Below, piece by piece: positions 50,540-59,264 of a stretch of 64,000 nucleotides of DNA. The number at the start of each line of letters is the position of its first letter. The stretch's first letter is position 1. The notes under the pieces are model-generated. The model ran no database searches. It saw nothing but the letters and a program-made list of their open reading frames with translations, and had not been told where the DNA came from. The stretch covers positions 640,001 to 704,000 of the forward strand of contig CAVWWD010000005.1 of NCBI GenBank assembly GCA_963758635.1, read 5' to 3'. A program made the position numbers and the translations under genes. Source of the DNA: an uncultured Candidatus Rokubacteria bacterium. Its GTDB lineage: Bacteria; Methylomirabilota; Methylomirabilia; Rokubacteriales; CSP1-6.

Positions 50540-52162
50540 CTACTCCGCGAGCCACACCCCGTCGAGCTGCTGGTTCAGGAAGTGGCTGGGCGTCACGATC
50601 CAGCCGCGCACCTTCGAGTTGTGCGCGACGATCCGGTGCCACTGCAGCGTGTAGATGTAGTGCGCCTCCTCGTCGAGGAGCCGCTTCTCCAGCAGGCGGA
50701 GCAGGCGCTTGCGCTCCTCCGGGTCCGCCGCCCGCGACTGGCGGATGAACAGGTCGTCCCACACCGGGTCCTTGTAGCGGCCGTAGTTGTTGTCCGAGAT
50801 CCCGGTGGACTGGAACTTCTGGAGATCGGTGTCGGGCTCCACGACGAACCCGCAGTTGGCGTCGCTCGCCACGTCGAAGTCCCCCCGCCGCATCAACGAG
50901 ACGTGGGCGGAGGCCTCGATCACCTCCTGCTTGACGTTCAGGCCGATCTGGCGCCACTGGTCGATGAGCCAGATGGCGACCGGCTCGTAGGGCTGGGGGA
51001 TGCCGCGGTTCTTGAACGTGAACGAGAACCCGTCGGGCACCCCGGCCTCGCGCAGGAGCCGGCGCGCCTCGGCGCGGTTCGCCGCGATGTCCCGCCCGTA
51101 GCCCGCGAGCTTCTCGAGCTCGGCGGGCGGCGTGGCCCACGGCGTGCCCGGCACCTGGATCCCCGCGACCTCCTTGACGACGGCGATCCGGGACAGGTTC
51201 TTCGAGCCCTCGTAGCGGTCCAGCGCAAGGGTGAGCGCCCGGCGGACGCGCTTGTCGTCCCAGGGCTTCTTCTCGTGGTTGAAGGCGACGAGCGAGATGC
51301 AGTCCCACGGGCTCTCCTGCACCGTGATCTTCGGCCCCAGGGCGGCCACCAGGGCGTCGCGGTCGGCCGGGCTGAAGCTCCGGAACTGGATGTGGGCCCG
51401 CTCGGCGCGGATGGCCGCCACCTGCGCGGACGACGACGACATGAAGATCGCCCGGTACCCGTCCAGGTACGGCTTGCCCTTGTCCCAGTAGTCGGGGTTC
51501 TTCTTCGCGACGACGTGTGAGCCCTTCACGTGCTCGACGAACTTGAAGGCGCCCGTGCCCATGACGTTCGTCTCGTGCCAGCGCGGGTCCTTGGCGAGGA
51601 TGTCGGCCTTGAAGATCCAGTTGTACGGCGAGGCGAGGTTGGTGAGGAACGACGACTCCGGCCACTTGAGCCGGAACACGATCGTGTGCGGGTCGGGGGC
51701 CTGGATGGCCTCCACGGCGTGGTAGGCGCCCTTGCGCATCGAGATCAGGCCGGCCCCGGGGAACACGATCTTGTCGTAGCTCGTCTTGACGTCGCGGGAG
51801 GTCATCACGCTCCCGTCGTGGAACTTGACCCCCTGCCGGAGCTTGAGCGTGTACGTGAGCCCGTCCGGCGCGATCGTCCACGACTCCGCGAGGTCCCCGA
51901 TGGGCCGCGTGCCCGTCTTGTCCGTGGGGTCCATGCGCAGGAGCGTGTTGTAGAAGGGCGCGAAGGGGTGAACCATCCCGAACGTGCCCTCGCGATGGCC
52001 GTCATACGACGGCGGCTCCGAGGGGACGAGGAACACCAGCTCGCCCCCGGAACGCGGGCGTTGCTGGGCGTCGGCAGGGCGCTGCTGGGCGTCGGCGGGA
52101 CCGGCGGTCAGGAGGGCCGAGGTCAGGGCGACGAGGATCGACAGCCAAGAGGATCGGATCAT
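50540..52162 (-). CDS. Family 5 ABC substrate-binding protein (no adjacent permease)
   Basis: DLAESW, LRQGVKFHDG, GTGAF, VRRAL; duplicated ADAQQRP after the signal peptide. Confidence 0.9.
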   Translation of the reverse strand: MIRSSWLSILVALTSALLTAGPADAQQRPADAQQRPRSGGELVFLVPSEPPSYDGHREGTFGMVHPFAPFYNTLLRMDPTDKTGTRPIGDLAESWTIAPDGLTYTLKLRQGVKFHDGSVMTSRDVKTSYDKIVFPGAGLISMRKGAYHAVEAIQAPDPHTIVFRLKWPESSFLTNLASPYNWIFKADILAKDPRWHETNVMGTGAFKFVEHVKGSHVVAKKNPDYWDKGKPYLDGYRAIFMSSSSAQVAAIRAERAHIQFRSFSPADRDALVAALGPKITVQESPWDCISLVAFNHEKKPWDDKRVRRALTLALDRYEGSKNLSRIAVVKEVAGIQVPGTPWATPPAELEKLAGYGRDIAANRAEARRLLREAGVPDGFSFTFKNRGIPQPYEPVAIWLIDQWRQIGLNVKQEVIEASAHVSLMRRGDFDVASDANCGFVVEPDTDLQKFQSTGISDNNYGRYKDPVWDDLFIRQSRAADPEERKRLLRLLEKRLLDEEAHYIYTLQWHRIVAHNSKVRGWIVTPSHFLNQQLDGVWLAE

Positions 52163-52238
52163 GGCGCACCTCCGAGTCGGGAGGGATCGTGGGGCCGGAT
52201 CCAGGAACGAATCGCTGCAGAACGGTCTTGTGGCCCGT

Positions 52239-52267
52239 ACCTTAGGGCCCGTGCTCCGCCCTGTCAA
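52239..52267 (-). promoter_or_regulatory. Sigma70-type promoter
   Basis: TTGACA-N17-TAAGGT on the minus strand. Confidence 0.6.
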
Positions 52268-52277
52268 GGGAATGGCG

Positions 52278-53057
52278 TCACGTCGAGGCGGCGAGCGCCC
52301 CTCCGTCGACCACGATCTCGGTGCCGCTGATCCAGGACGAGTCGTCCGACGCCAGGAAGAGCGCGCAGCGGGCGATGTCCTCGGGCTCCCCCACCCGCCC
52401 CAGCGGGATGCCGCGTCCCGCCGCCGTCTCGCGCTCCACCCCCTCGACGATGTCGGCGGTGAGCCGGGTGCGGATCGTGCCGGGGCAGATCGCGTTCACG
52501 CGGATGCGGTCGGCGCCGTAGCTGGCGGCCATCGCGCGGGTGAGGGCGAGGACGGCGCCCTTGGACGCGGCGTATGCGTGGCTGGGCCGGCCTCGCGAGC
52601 CGCGGAACGCCGAGACCGACGACGTGTTGACGATGGACCCGCCGCCGGCGGCCCGGAGATGCGGCACCGCCGCCCGGCTCACGAGGTAGATCGCGCGCAC
52701 GTTCACGTCCAGCGCGAGGTCCCACTTCTCCAGCGGGATCGTCTCCACCGTGCCACCGACCACCATCGTCCCGACCCCGGCGTTGTTGAACAGCACGTCG
52801 AGGCGGCCGTGCGCCCGCATCGCCGCCGCCACCACCTCCGCGCAGTCCTCGGGCCGGGCGAGGTCGGCCACCACCAGGGCGCCGTCGCCTCCCGCCGCGC
52901 GCACCTGGGCGAGCGTCTCCTCCAGCTCGGGGCGGCGGGTGTCGACCAGCGTGAGGCGGGCGCCGGCCCCGGCGAAGAGCCGGGCGGTCGCCCGCCCGAT
53001 CCCGGTGGCCGCGCCGGTCACGATCGCCGACCGGCCGTCGAGAGATCGAGTCGTCAT
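52278..53057 (-). CDS. Short-chain dehydrogenase/reductase
   Basis: TGAATGIG, NNAG, YAASK, DGG. Confidence 0.92.
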   Translation of the reverse strand: MTTRSLDGRSAIVTGAATGIGRATARLFAGAGARLTLVDTRRPELEETLAQVRAAGGDGALVVADLARPEDCAEVVAAAMRAHGRLDVLFNNAGVGTMVVGGTVETIPLEKWDLALDVNVRAIYLVSRAAVPHLRAAGGGSIVNTSSVSAFRGSRGRPSHAYAASKGAVLALTRAMAASYGADRIRVNAICPGTIRTRLTADIVEGVERETAAGRGIPLGRVGEPEDIARCALFLASDDSSWISGTEIVVDGGALAAST

Positions 53058-53067
53058 GGTCCGGTCG

Positions 53068-53075
53068 ATTATAAT
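53068..53075. promoter_or_regulatory. Palindromic ATTATAAT, bidirectional -10 box
   Basis: TATAAT on both strands between divergent SDR and VOC genes. Confidence 0.6.
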
Positions 53076-53118
53076 GGCCGAGCGATCTCCGCCAGTCCCC
53101 CACTTCCGAGGAGGGGGG

Positions 53119-53210
53119 ATGTGACTGAATGGCGAGCCGGCACTCCGCGTGTACGCAGGGTCGCGGTGTTGACCCGCTCGCCGATGTCGGAATCCGCATT
53201 CCTTCACACC
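53119..53210 (+). mobile_element. MITE-like repeat family C copy
   Basis: ATGTGACTGAATGGCGAGCCGG...CGCATTCCTTCACAC. Confidence 0.78.
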
Positions 53211-53223
53211 CGGGAGGGCACAC

Positions 53224-53667
53224 ATGATCCAGGCCAGGAAGCTCGGCCACGTCGTCCTGAAGGTCCGCGACGCCGCCCGCTCGAGGGACTTCTACACCCG
53301 CGCGCTCGGCCTCAAGGTCGCGCACGAGGACCTGGAGCGGGGTGCGGTGTTCCTCTCCTTCGGCAAGGAGCATCACGACCTCGCCCTGTTCCAGGTCGCC
53401 AGCGGCGAGCCGCCCGCCGCGAGCGCGCCGGGCATGCACCACATGGCCTGGCAGCTCGGCAGCTTCGAGGAGCTGCGCGCGGCCTACCAGGAGCTCAAGG
53501 CGATGGGCTTCGCGGTGGAGTCCACCGCGGAGCACAACGTGACGCGGAGCGTCTACTTCCCCGACCCCGACGGCAACCGCGTGGAGCTCTACTGCGACAT
53601 GGTCGAGGACGGCTTCGAGACCATGCGCACCGTCGGCCCCCGTCGCGACCCCCTCGACCTCGAATAG
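53224..53667 (+). CDS. VOC/glyoxalase family protein
   Basis: LGHVVLKV, HHDLAL, HHMAW, YFPDPDGNRVEL. Confidence 0.9.
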   Translation: MIQARKLGHVVLKVRDAARSRDFYTRALGLKVAHEDLERGAVFLSFGKEHHDLALFQVASGEPPAASAPGMHHMAWQLGSFEELRAAYQELKAMGFAVESTAEHNVTRSVYFPDPDGNRVELYCDMVEDGFETMRTVGPRRDPLDLE

Positions 53668-53673
53668 CCCGGC

Positions 53674-53746
53674 GCGCAACCCCGGGGTCAGGCACTCGCG
53701 CAACGGGGTCGGAGGCGCAACCCCGGGGTCAGGCACTCGCGCAACG
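53674..53746 (+). repeat. Family E repeat, two direct copies
   Basis: GCGCAACCCCGGGGTCAGGCACTCGCGCAAC x2. Confidence 0.88.
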
Positions 53747-53786
53747 CGATCCCGCAGGACACCATCGGGGATCGAGGAGGGATGGA

Positions 53787-53858
53787 GTGACGCTGGCGGG
53801 GAAGGTGGCGCTGGTCACCGGGGCGAGCCCAGGTAACCCCAGGCGGACGCCAGGGTGA
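53787..53858 (+). pseudogene. N-terminal stub of an SDR gene
   Basis: GAGGAGG RBS, then VTLAGKVALVTGAS, then CCCAGG repeats and a stop. Confidence 0.65.
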
Positions 53859-53888
53859 CCCCAGGCTGACCCGGCGGCTGGATCCCGC

Positions 53889-54920
53889 GTGAACCCGACG
53901 CTCCCGATGAAGCTCGCGACGTCCGTGGTGGGGAGCCACGGGCTGCCCGGCTGGCTCTCGCTCGCTCGCGAGGCCATGCAGGCCGGCCGGCTCGGCCCGC
54001 TCGACCTCCGCGAGCTGATGGAGGACGCGACCCAGGCGGCCTTGCTGGACCAGGAACGCGCGGGCATCGACGTGCTCAGCACCGGCGAGATGATGCGGGT
54101 GCGCTTCATCGTCGGCTTCTACGAGCGCCTCACCGGCATCCGGCCGCTGCCTGCGCCGCGGCAGCTCGGGCCGCCGCTCTGGGACACCCACACGCCCTTC
54201 GAGGTGATCGAGAAGATCGCCGCCCCCCGCGGGCTCGGCATCGTCGAGGAGTTCACGCTCGCCCGCTCGCTCACCAGCCGGCCGCTCAAGGCCACGGTGC
54301 CGGGTCCCTACACCCTCCTCGTGCCCCTCCGCCTCCGCGGCGGCTATGCGGACAAGGACACGCTCCTCGCCAACGTCGTCGGCATCGTCAACGCGGAGTG
54401 CCGCGCCCTCGTGGCCGCGGGCGCCCAGTTCATCCAGATCGACGAGCCGCACCACGGCATGTACTCGGGGTCCGTCCACGACGTGACCCGCGGCGTCAAC
54501 GGCGCCGTGGAAGGCGTGGAGGCCAAGATCGCCGTCCACGTGTGCTTCGGCAACCTCTACGGCCGGCCGTTCAGCGCGGTGCGTGACTACCGGAACGTCT
54601 TCCCCACCCTGGGCGACCTGCGCGCCTCGCAGATCGTGCTCGAGTTCGCCAACCGGGGCATGGACGACCTCGCGCGCCTGAAGGACTTCCCGCGCGACAA
54701 GGAGCTGGGCGCGGGCGTCATCGACGTGAAGGCGTTCAAGGCCGAGACCGCGGCCGACGTGGCCGCGCGGATCCGCGCGCTCCTCGAGCACGTCCCCGCC
54801 GAGCGGCTCTGGGTCAACCCGGACTGCGGCTTCTGGGAAACCCCGCGCTGGGTGGTGAAGCAGAAGCTCTCCGCGCTCTGCGAGGGCGCGCAGATCGTCA
54901 GGAACGAGCTCGGCGGTTGA
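53889..54920 (+). CDS. Cobalamin-independent methionine synthase II (core MetE-like) family
   Basis: VVGS, GIDVLSTGE, IQIDEP, HVCFGN, LEF, NPDCG. Confidence 0.88.
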   Translation: MNPTLPMKLATSVVGSHGLPGWLSLAREAMQAGRLGPLDLRELMEDATQAALLDQERAGIDVLSTGEMMRVRFIVGFYERLTGIRPLPAPRQLGPPLWDTHTPFEVIEKIAAPRGLGIVEEFTLARSLTSRPLKATVPGPYTLLVPLRLRGGYADKDTLLANVVGIVNAECRALVAAGAQFIQIDEPHHGMYSGSVHDVTRGVNGAVEGVEAKIAVHVCFGNLYGRPFSAVRDYRNVFPTLGDLRASQIVLEFANRGMDDLARLKDFPRDKELGAGVIDVKAFKAETAADVAARIRALLEHVPAERLWVNPDCGFWETPRWVVKQKLSALCEGAQIVRNELGG

Positions 54921-54988
54921 CCGGCACGGCGCCCGACGGCCCCGCTTCCGCCCCGCGACGCGGCTCACCCCCTGCCGGAGGATCGGAC

Positions 54989-56254
54989 ATGACAACCAGA
55001 CTCCTCACCCTGCTCGTGCTCGCGCTCACCGTCGCGCCCGCGGCGGCCCAGCCGCGCGTGGGCCTGTCGATGGCGGCGTCGCCCGAATCGGTGGGCCTCT
55101 CCCGCGAGCGACTGGCCCGGATCGACGCGGTAACCCGCGAGCACATCGAGGCCGGCATGGTCCCCGGCGCGGTCATCCTGATCGCCCGCGGTGGCCAGGT
55201 CGCGCACCACGTGGCCCTGGGATTCCGCGATCGCGCGGCGAGCCAGGCGATGACGCCCGACGCGCTGTTCCGGATCTACTCGATGACCAAGCCCATCACG
55301 AGCGTGGCCGTCATGATGCTCGTGGAGGAGGGCAAGCTCCAGGTGTCCGACCCGGTGGGCAAGTACCTCCCCGACCTCGCGAAGATGAAGGTCGCGGTCG
55401 AGAAGACCGACGCGAGCGGCGCGAAGACGGTCGAGCTGGTCGAGCCGCGCCGGCAGATGACGGTCCAGGACCTGCTCCGCCACACGTCGGGGCTCACCTA
55501 TGGCGGCCGCAACGACGGGCCCGTGGGCCGGCTCTACCGCGACGCGCGGGTCGGCAGCCGCGACGACAGCGTCGCCGAGATGGTGACGAAGCTCGGGGCC
55601 ATTCCCCTCGTCCACGCTCCGGGCACTCGCTTCGAGTACAGCGTGTCCACCGACGTGCTGGGGCGCCTCGTCGAGGTCGTGTCCGGCAAGAGGCTGGGCG
55701 ACTTCTTCGAGGAACGCATCTTCCGGCCGCTCGGGATGCGCGATAGCTTCTTCCAGGTGCCGGCGGACAAGGTGGGCCGCCTGGCGCAGCCGTGGCAGCG
55801 CCCCGGCGGGCCGCCGATGACGCCGCGGTTCGATCCCACCGCGCCCGCGCGCTTCCAGTCGGGCGGCGGCGGGCTCGTGTCGACGGCCACCGACTACCTC
55901 GCCTTCGCCACCATGCTGCTGAACGGCGGCGAGCTGGGCGGCGCCCGGATCCTCGGGCGGAAGACCGTCGAGTTCATGACCTCGGACCACCTCGGGACCA
56001 TCCCGGTGGAAACGCCGGGACTCGGCTTCGGCCTGGGCTTCCAGGTGCGCCGCGACGCAGGCATCGCCGGCATCGCGGGCTCGGTGGGCGAGTACGGCTG
56101 GGCGGGCAACGCGGGCACGCTCTTCTGGGTGGATCCGCGCGAGAAGCTCATCGCGATCTACATGGTGCAGGTGTCCGACTTCGATCGCGTCGCCCTCCGC
56201 AACCAGTTCCGCACGCTCGTGGAGTCCACGATCGTCGATCCGCCCGCGCGCTGA
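54989..56254 (+). CDS. Serine hydrolase, beta-lactamase class C-like
   Basis: YSMTK (SxxK), LLRHTSG, FEYS, WAG; signal peptide. Confidence 0.9.
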   Translation: MTTRLLTLLVLALTVAPAAAQPRVGLSMAASPESVGLSRERLARIDAVTREHIEAGMVPGAVILIARGGQVAHHVALGFRDRAASQAMTPDALFRIYSMTKPITSVAVMMLVEEGKLQVSDPVGKYLPDLAKMKVAVEKTDASGAKTVELVEPRRQMTVQDLLRHTSGLTYGGRNDGPVGRLYRDARVGSRDDSVAEMVTKLGAIPLVHAPGTRFEYSVSTDVLGRLVEVVSGKRLGDFFEERIFRPLGMRDSFFQVPADKVGRLAQPWQRPGGPPMTPRFDPTAPARFQSGGGGLVSTATDYLAFATMLLNGGELGGARILGRKTVEFMTSDHLGTIPVETPGLGFGLGFQVRRDAGIAGIAGSVGEYGWAGNAGTLFWVDPREKLIAIYMVQVSDFDRVALRNQFRTLVESTIVDPPAR

Positions 56255-56326
56255 GCGGGTCGCGCGGCGCGAGTGGCGACGGCCACGGGCCAACGCATCA
56301 CGTCGGTCTCGCGCCGCGGGTCCGTC

Positions 56327-56398
56327 GACATTCTTGGCACGTGTGCGCTCGGACTCTCGACGAGGCCCGGCAAGGCATTGAAAATCCTGGCACGCGTG
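56327..56398 (+). promoter_or_regulatory. Pair of 19-bp imperfect direct repeats, candidate activator sites
   Basis: GACATTCTTGGCACGTGTG (56327) and GAAAATCCTGGCACGCGTG (56380). Confidence 0.45.
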
Positions 56399-56401
56399 AG
56401 A

Positions 56402-56417
56402 AGGCCCAGGTCTTGCA
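56402..56417 (+). promoter_or_regulatory. Sigma54 (-24/-12) promoter candidate
   Basis: AGGCCCAGGTCTTGCA has the GG-N10-GC spacing and TTGCA. Confidence 0.55.
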
Positions 56418-56513
56418 CATATCGCTCGCGTCGCCGCCGGCATGCGATACCGCGCAGCCCGGCAGGCGAATCTGTAGCGGGTGCACGTCACTAAACGAAA
56501 TCGGGAGGCAGTG

Positions 56514-57533
56514 TTGACAAAGAGAAGCAGGGGATGGGTGCTGGCTCTGGCGGCCGCACTCGTGATCGGTCACGCCGTGGCCGGCGAAGCCGTCGACTTC
56601 AACTGGCGGCAGGAGGGCGGGTTCGAATTCGGCACGGGTACCTTGATCGGCGGCACAGGCGGGCCCGGCGGGGCGGGGCCGGTGGGAGGCGATCCTGGCC
56701 ATGGCGGGCTCGTGTTCGCCAACCTCCAGGGCGGCGGCGCTCCTCTTGGCACCTACAGCACGATCTCTTGGGGTTGTTCCCCTGACGGCAACAACGGCGG
56801 CGGCGCGTCGAATTGCGCCAACGGCGGAGTGAATGCCAGTGCGGTCGGCGCTGACCAGTCGGGGGTCCTGGGTCGGAGCTCCCTCATCCTCACCACGTAC
56901 GACAACTCGACGAGCCCCAGCGCGGCCTCGGGGCCCGACTTCAGCCCGGACGGTATCCTGAGAGACGACAATCGGTGGGTCGTGATCACGCGGACCGACC
57001 ACCTGAACCGGGTCATCGACAACGAGAGCAACCACCTGAACGGCGTCAACATCACGACGAACCTGACGATCGACGCCAATCCCACCTTCGCCGACGACAC
57101 CAACACGATCCCGATCACGTTCATCGAGACGCCGAACTTCCCCGGCAACCCCGGCGCTTGCGCCGCGCCGAACCCGCTGGGCTCGGCCTGCGACGACATC
57201 TTCACCTTCGACGCCAGTGACTTCGGCGCTCAGCAGTTCACGTCCGACGGCATTCTGTACCTCCTCGAGTTCTCGCTTGCTCCGACCCCGGCGTGCAGCG
57301 AGGTTGTCTCGGTGACCGGGACGCTCACCGTTTTCCAGTGCGCAGACAGTCCCCTGCACCGTGTCGCCATCGACTTCGAGAACGGTCAGGCGTGGGCGAT
57401 GGAGACGTTCGACAACTCCTTCCTCGCGATCATGCGGATCCGGCCGATCCCCGGGCCCGCCTCGCTCGCGCTCATCGGGCTCGGGCTCGCGGGCTTCGGC
57501 CTCCTCGGCTGGAAGGGTCGCAGCCGCAAGTAG
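56514..57533 (+). CDS. PEP-CTERM-type exosortase substrate (IPGP variant; THxN-family-like)
   Basis: Signal peptide; Gly/Asn/Thr-rich body; FIETPN...CDDIF; C-terminal IPGPASLALIGLGLAGFGLLGWKGRSRK. Confidence 0.85.
   Translation: MTKRSRGWVLALAAALVIGHAVAGEAVDFNWRQEGGFEFGTGTLIGGTGGPGGAGPVGGDPGHGGLVFANLQGGGAPLGTYSTISWGCSPDGNNGGGASNCANGGVNASAVGADQSGVLGRSSLILTTYDNSTSPSAASGPDFSPDGILRDDNRWVVITRTDHLNRVIDNESNHLNGVNITTNLTIDANPTFADDTNTIPITFIETPNFPGNPGACAAPNPLGSACDDIFTFDASDFGAQQFTSDGILYLLEFSLAPTPACSEVVSVTGTLTVFQCADSPLHRVAIDFENGQAWAMETFDNSFLAIMRIRPIPGPASLALIGLGLAGFGLLGWKGRSRK
57432..57533 (+). repeat. Left copy of the direct repeat (PEP-CTERM coding tail)
   Basis: Aligns to 63234-63323. Confidence 0.9.
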
Positions 57534-57563
57534 CTCTCGGGCAGGCGATCCAGTCGGAAACAC

Positions 57564-57598
57564 CGGGGGCGGCCACATCGGCCGCCCCCGATTCTTTT
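57564..57598 (+). terminator. Rho-independent terminator
   Basis: CGGGGGCGGCC-ACATC-GGCCGCCCCCG followed by ATTCTTTT. Confidence 0.8.
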
Positions 57599-57671
57599 GT
57601 GTCCCCTCCAACCGCGATTCGCCGTTCGTAGAACTTGCAAAGCGAGCCGTCTGAGGATATTGAATTCGATC

Positions 57672-57941
57672 ATGTCCACCGGGAATCTCTCCCGGCTCGA
57701 TCCCGAAGAGGTCGCGAAAGCCGTGACGGATTTCATCAACGCCAACATCATGGCTCGGGCCCGTCCGGTGAAGCCCGACGACGATCTCGAGATGGCTGGC
57801 CTCGACTCGATGGCGCTGCTCAAGGTCTTGCTGTTCATCGAGGCTCAGTACGGGTTCTGGATGCCCGACGAGGATCTCGTCACCGACAACATCAGAACCG
57901 CGCGCGCCTTCGCGGCCTACATCTGTCGACGCGGCGCGTGA
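57672..57941 (+). CDS. Acyl/peptidyl carrier protein
   Basis: GLDSM phosphopantetheine site; 89 aa. Confidence 0.9.
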   Translation: MSTGNLSRLDPEEVAKAVTDFINANIMARARPVKPDDDLEMAGLDSMALLKVLLFIEAQYGFWMPDEDLVTDNIRTARAFAAYICRRGA

Positions 57942-59264
57942 GCACGTCCCGCGTCCGCCGGCTGCCCCTTCGCGGCGCCGATCTCGTTCTGCTCGCGATG
58001 CAGGCCCTCTGGAAGCCCGCGCGCGTGAGCAACAACACGATCATGGTTGTACAGTGCGATGGGCCTCTGGACCCCCGGCGCGTCGAGCGGGCCCTCGAGC
58101 GATTCCTCGACTTCTGCCCGTGGCCGTCGGCCCGTCTGCGTCGCCGGCTGCCGTGGGGGCCGCTTCACTGGGCCGCCGGCGCGCGCGCGACCTTGGCCGC
58201 GCCGCCCGTGCGGCACCAGCGCCTCGGCGCCCCCGAGACACTCGGCCGCGAGCTCGAAGCCGAGCTCAACGCCGCGATCGATCCGCGCCGCGAGCCGCCG
58301 CTGCGCTTCGCGATTCTCCACGGCGCGTCCGATGCGGCGGGGGCGCCGAGCACCCTGGTCGTCACCTGGTTCCATCCGCTCATGGACCCGCGCGGCGGAC
58401 AGAACTTGCTCGCGCATCTGGCCCATCTCGACGAGACCGAAGGGCGCGCGCCCTGGGGAGACACACCGCCGGTCTTCGTCGCCGAGCCGGATCCCCGTCC
58501 GCTGAAGGAGCGCGGACGACTCGGGCGCCAGAGCCAGCGGTACATGCGGACCTTGGTCCCCGAGGCGCCGGTGTCACCGGGTACGGGGCTGACCTCGCCC
58601 GGACGGGTGCGCCTCGAGCGGGCGAGCTTCGTCGGCGACGTTGAAACCCTCGACGCCGTTCGTTCGACACGCGAGGTCTGGTGGCGCCTCGCCGTGGTCG
58701 GCCGTGCCATGGCCGATCTGTGGGGCCGGCGCGGCCTCCCGGACCGGCCGTTTCTCCTCCCCGTTTCCGTCGACCTGCGGCTCAAGGGCGAGCCCGGAGC
58801 GACCTTCGGCAACGTGCTGGCCTTTCACTTCGCGCGGTTCAAGCCCTCGGAGACGGCCGACGTTCGGCCGGCTCGCCCGAGCGCTGCGCGGCCAGATGAC
58901 CGACGCCCTCCGCGACGGACAGGTCGACGCCAACGCGGTGGCGATGGAATTTCTGAAGTACCGTCCGCTCTCGCGGATGCTGCGCGATCTGCCCGGCACC
59001 GCAACTCGCGAGACGTTCTCGTTCAACTTCGCGGATCTCGCGGACTTCCCGCCGGCGCTGGAGAAGCTCTTCGGCCGCCGGGTCGTCAACGCGTACCACG
59101 CGCCGTCCGTGCTGCCCCGGCCGGGAATCGGCGTATTCTTCAACCGTTGCGGAGTCACGAACAACCTCGTCGTATCCTGGGTCGAGGGTGCGATGAAGGT
59201 GGAGGAGGTGACGCGCATCATCGAGGCGATCCGCGAGGGGATGGGATGGCGAGCGGCCCGCTGA
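57938..59264 (+). CDS. Stand-alone condensation/CoA-acyltransferase-like protein (frameshift ~58865)
   Basis: GPLDPRRV, PPLRFAI, HxxxD motif FHPLMDPRG, PVSVDLR, FGN; removing one base joins it to ORF 58641..59264. Confidence 0.72.

Noticed and set aside
54989..56254. Antibiotic-resistance beta-lactamase
   Set aside because: Motifs fit the broad esterase/serine hydrolase family; activity cannot be inferred.
56334..56398. TGGCAC boxes as sigma54 promoters
   Set aside because: No GC at the required -12 spacing; the better-spaced site is 56402-56417.
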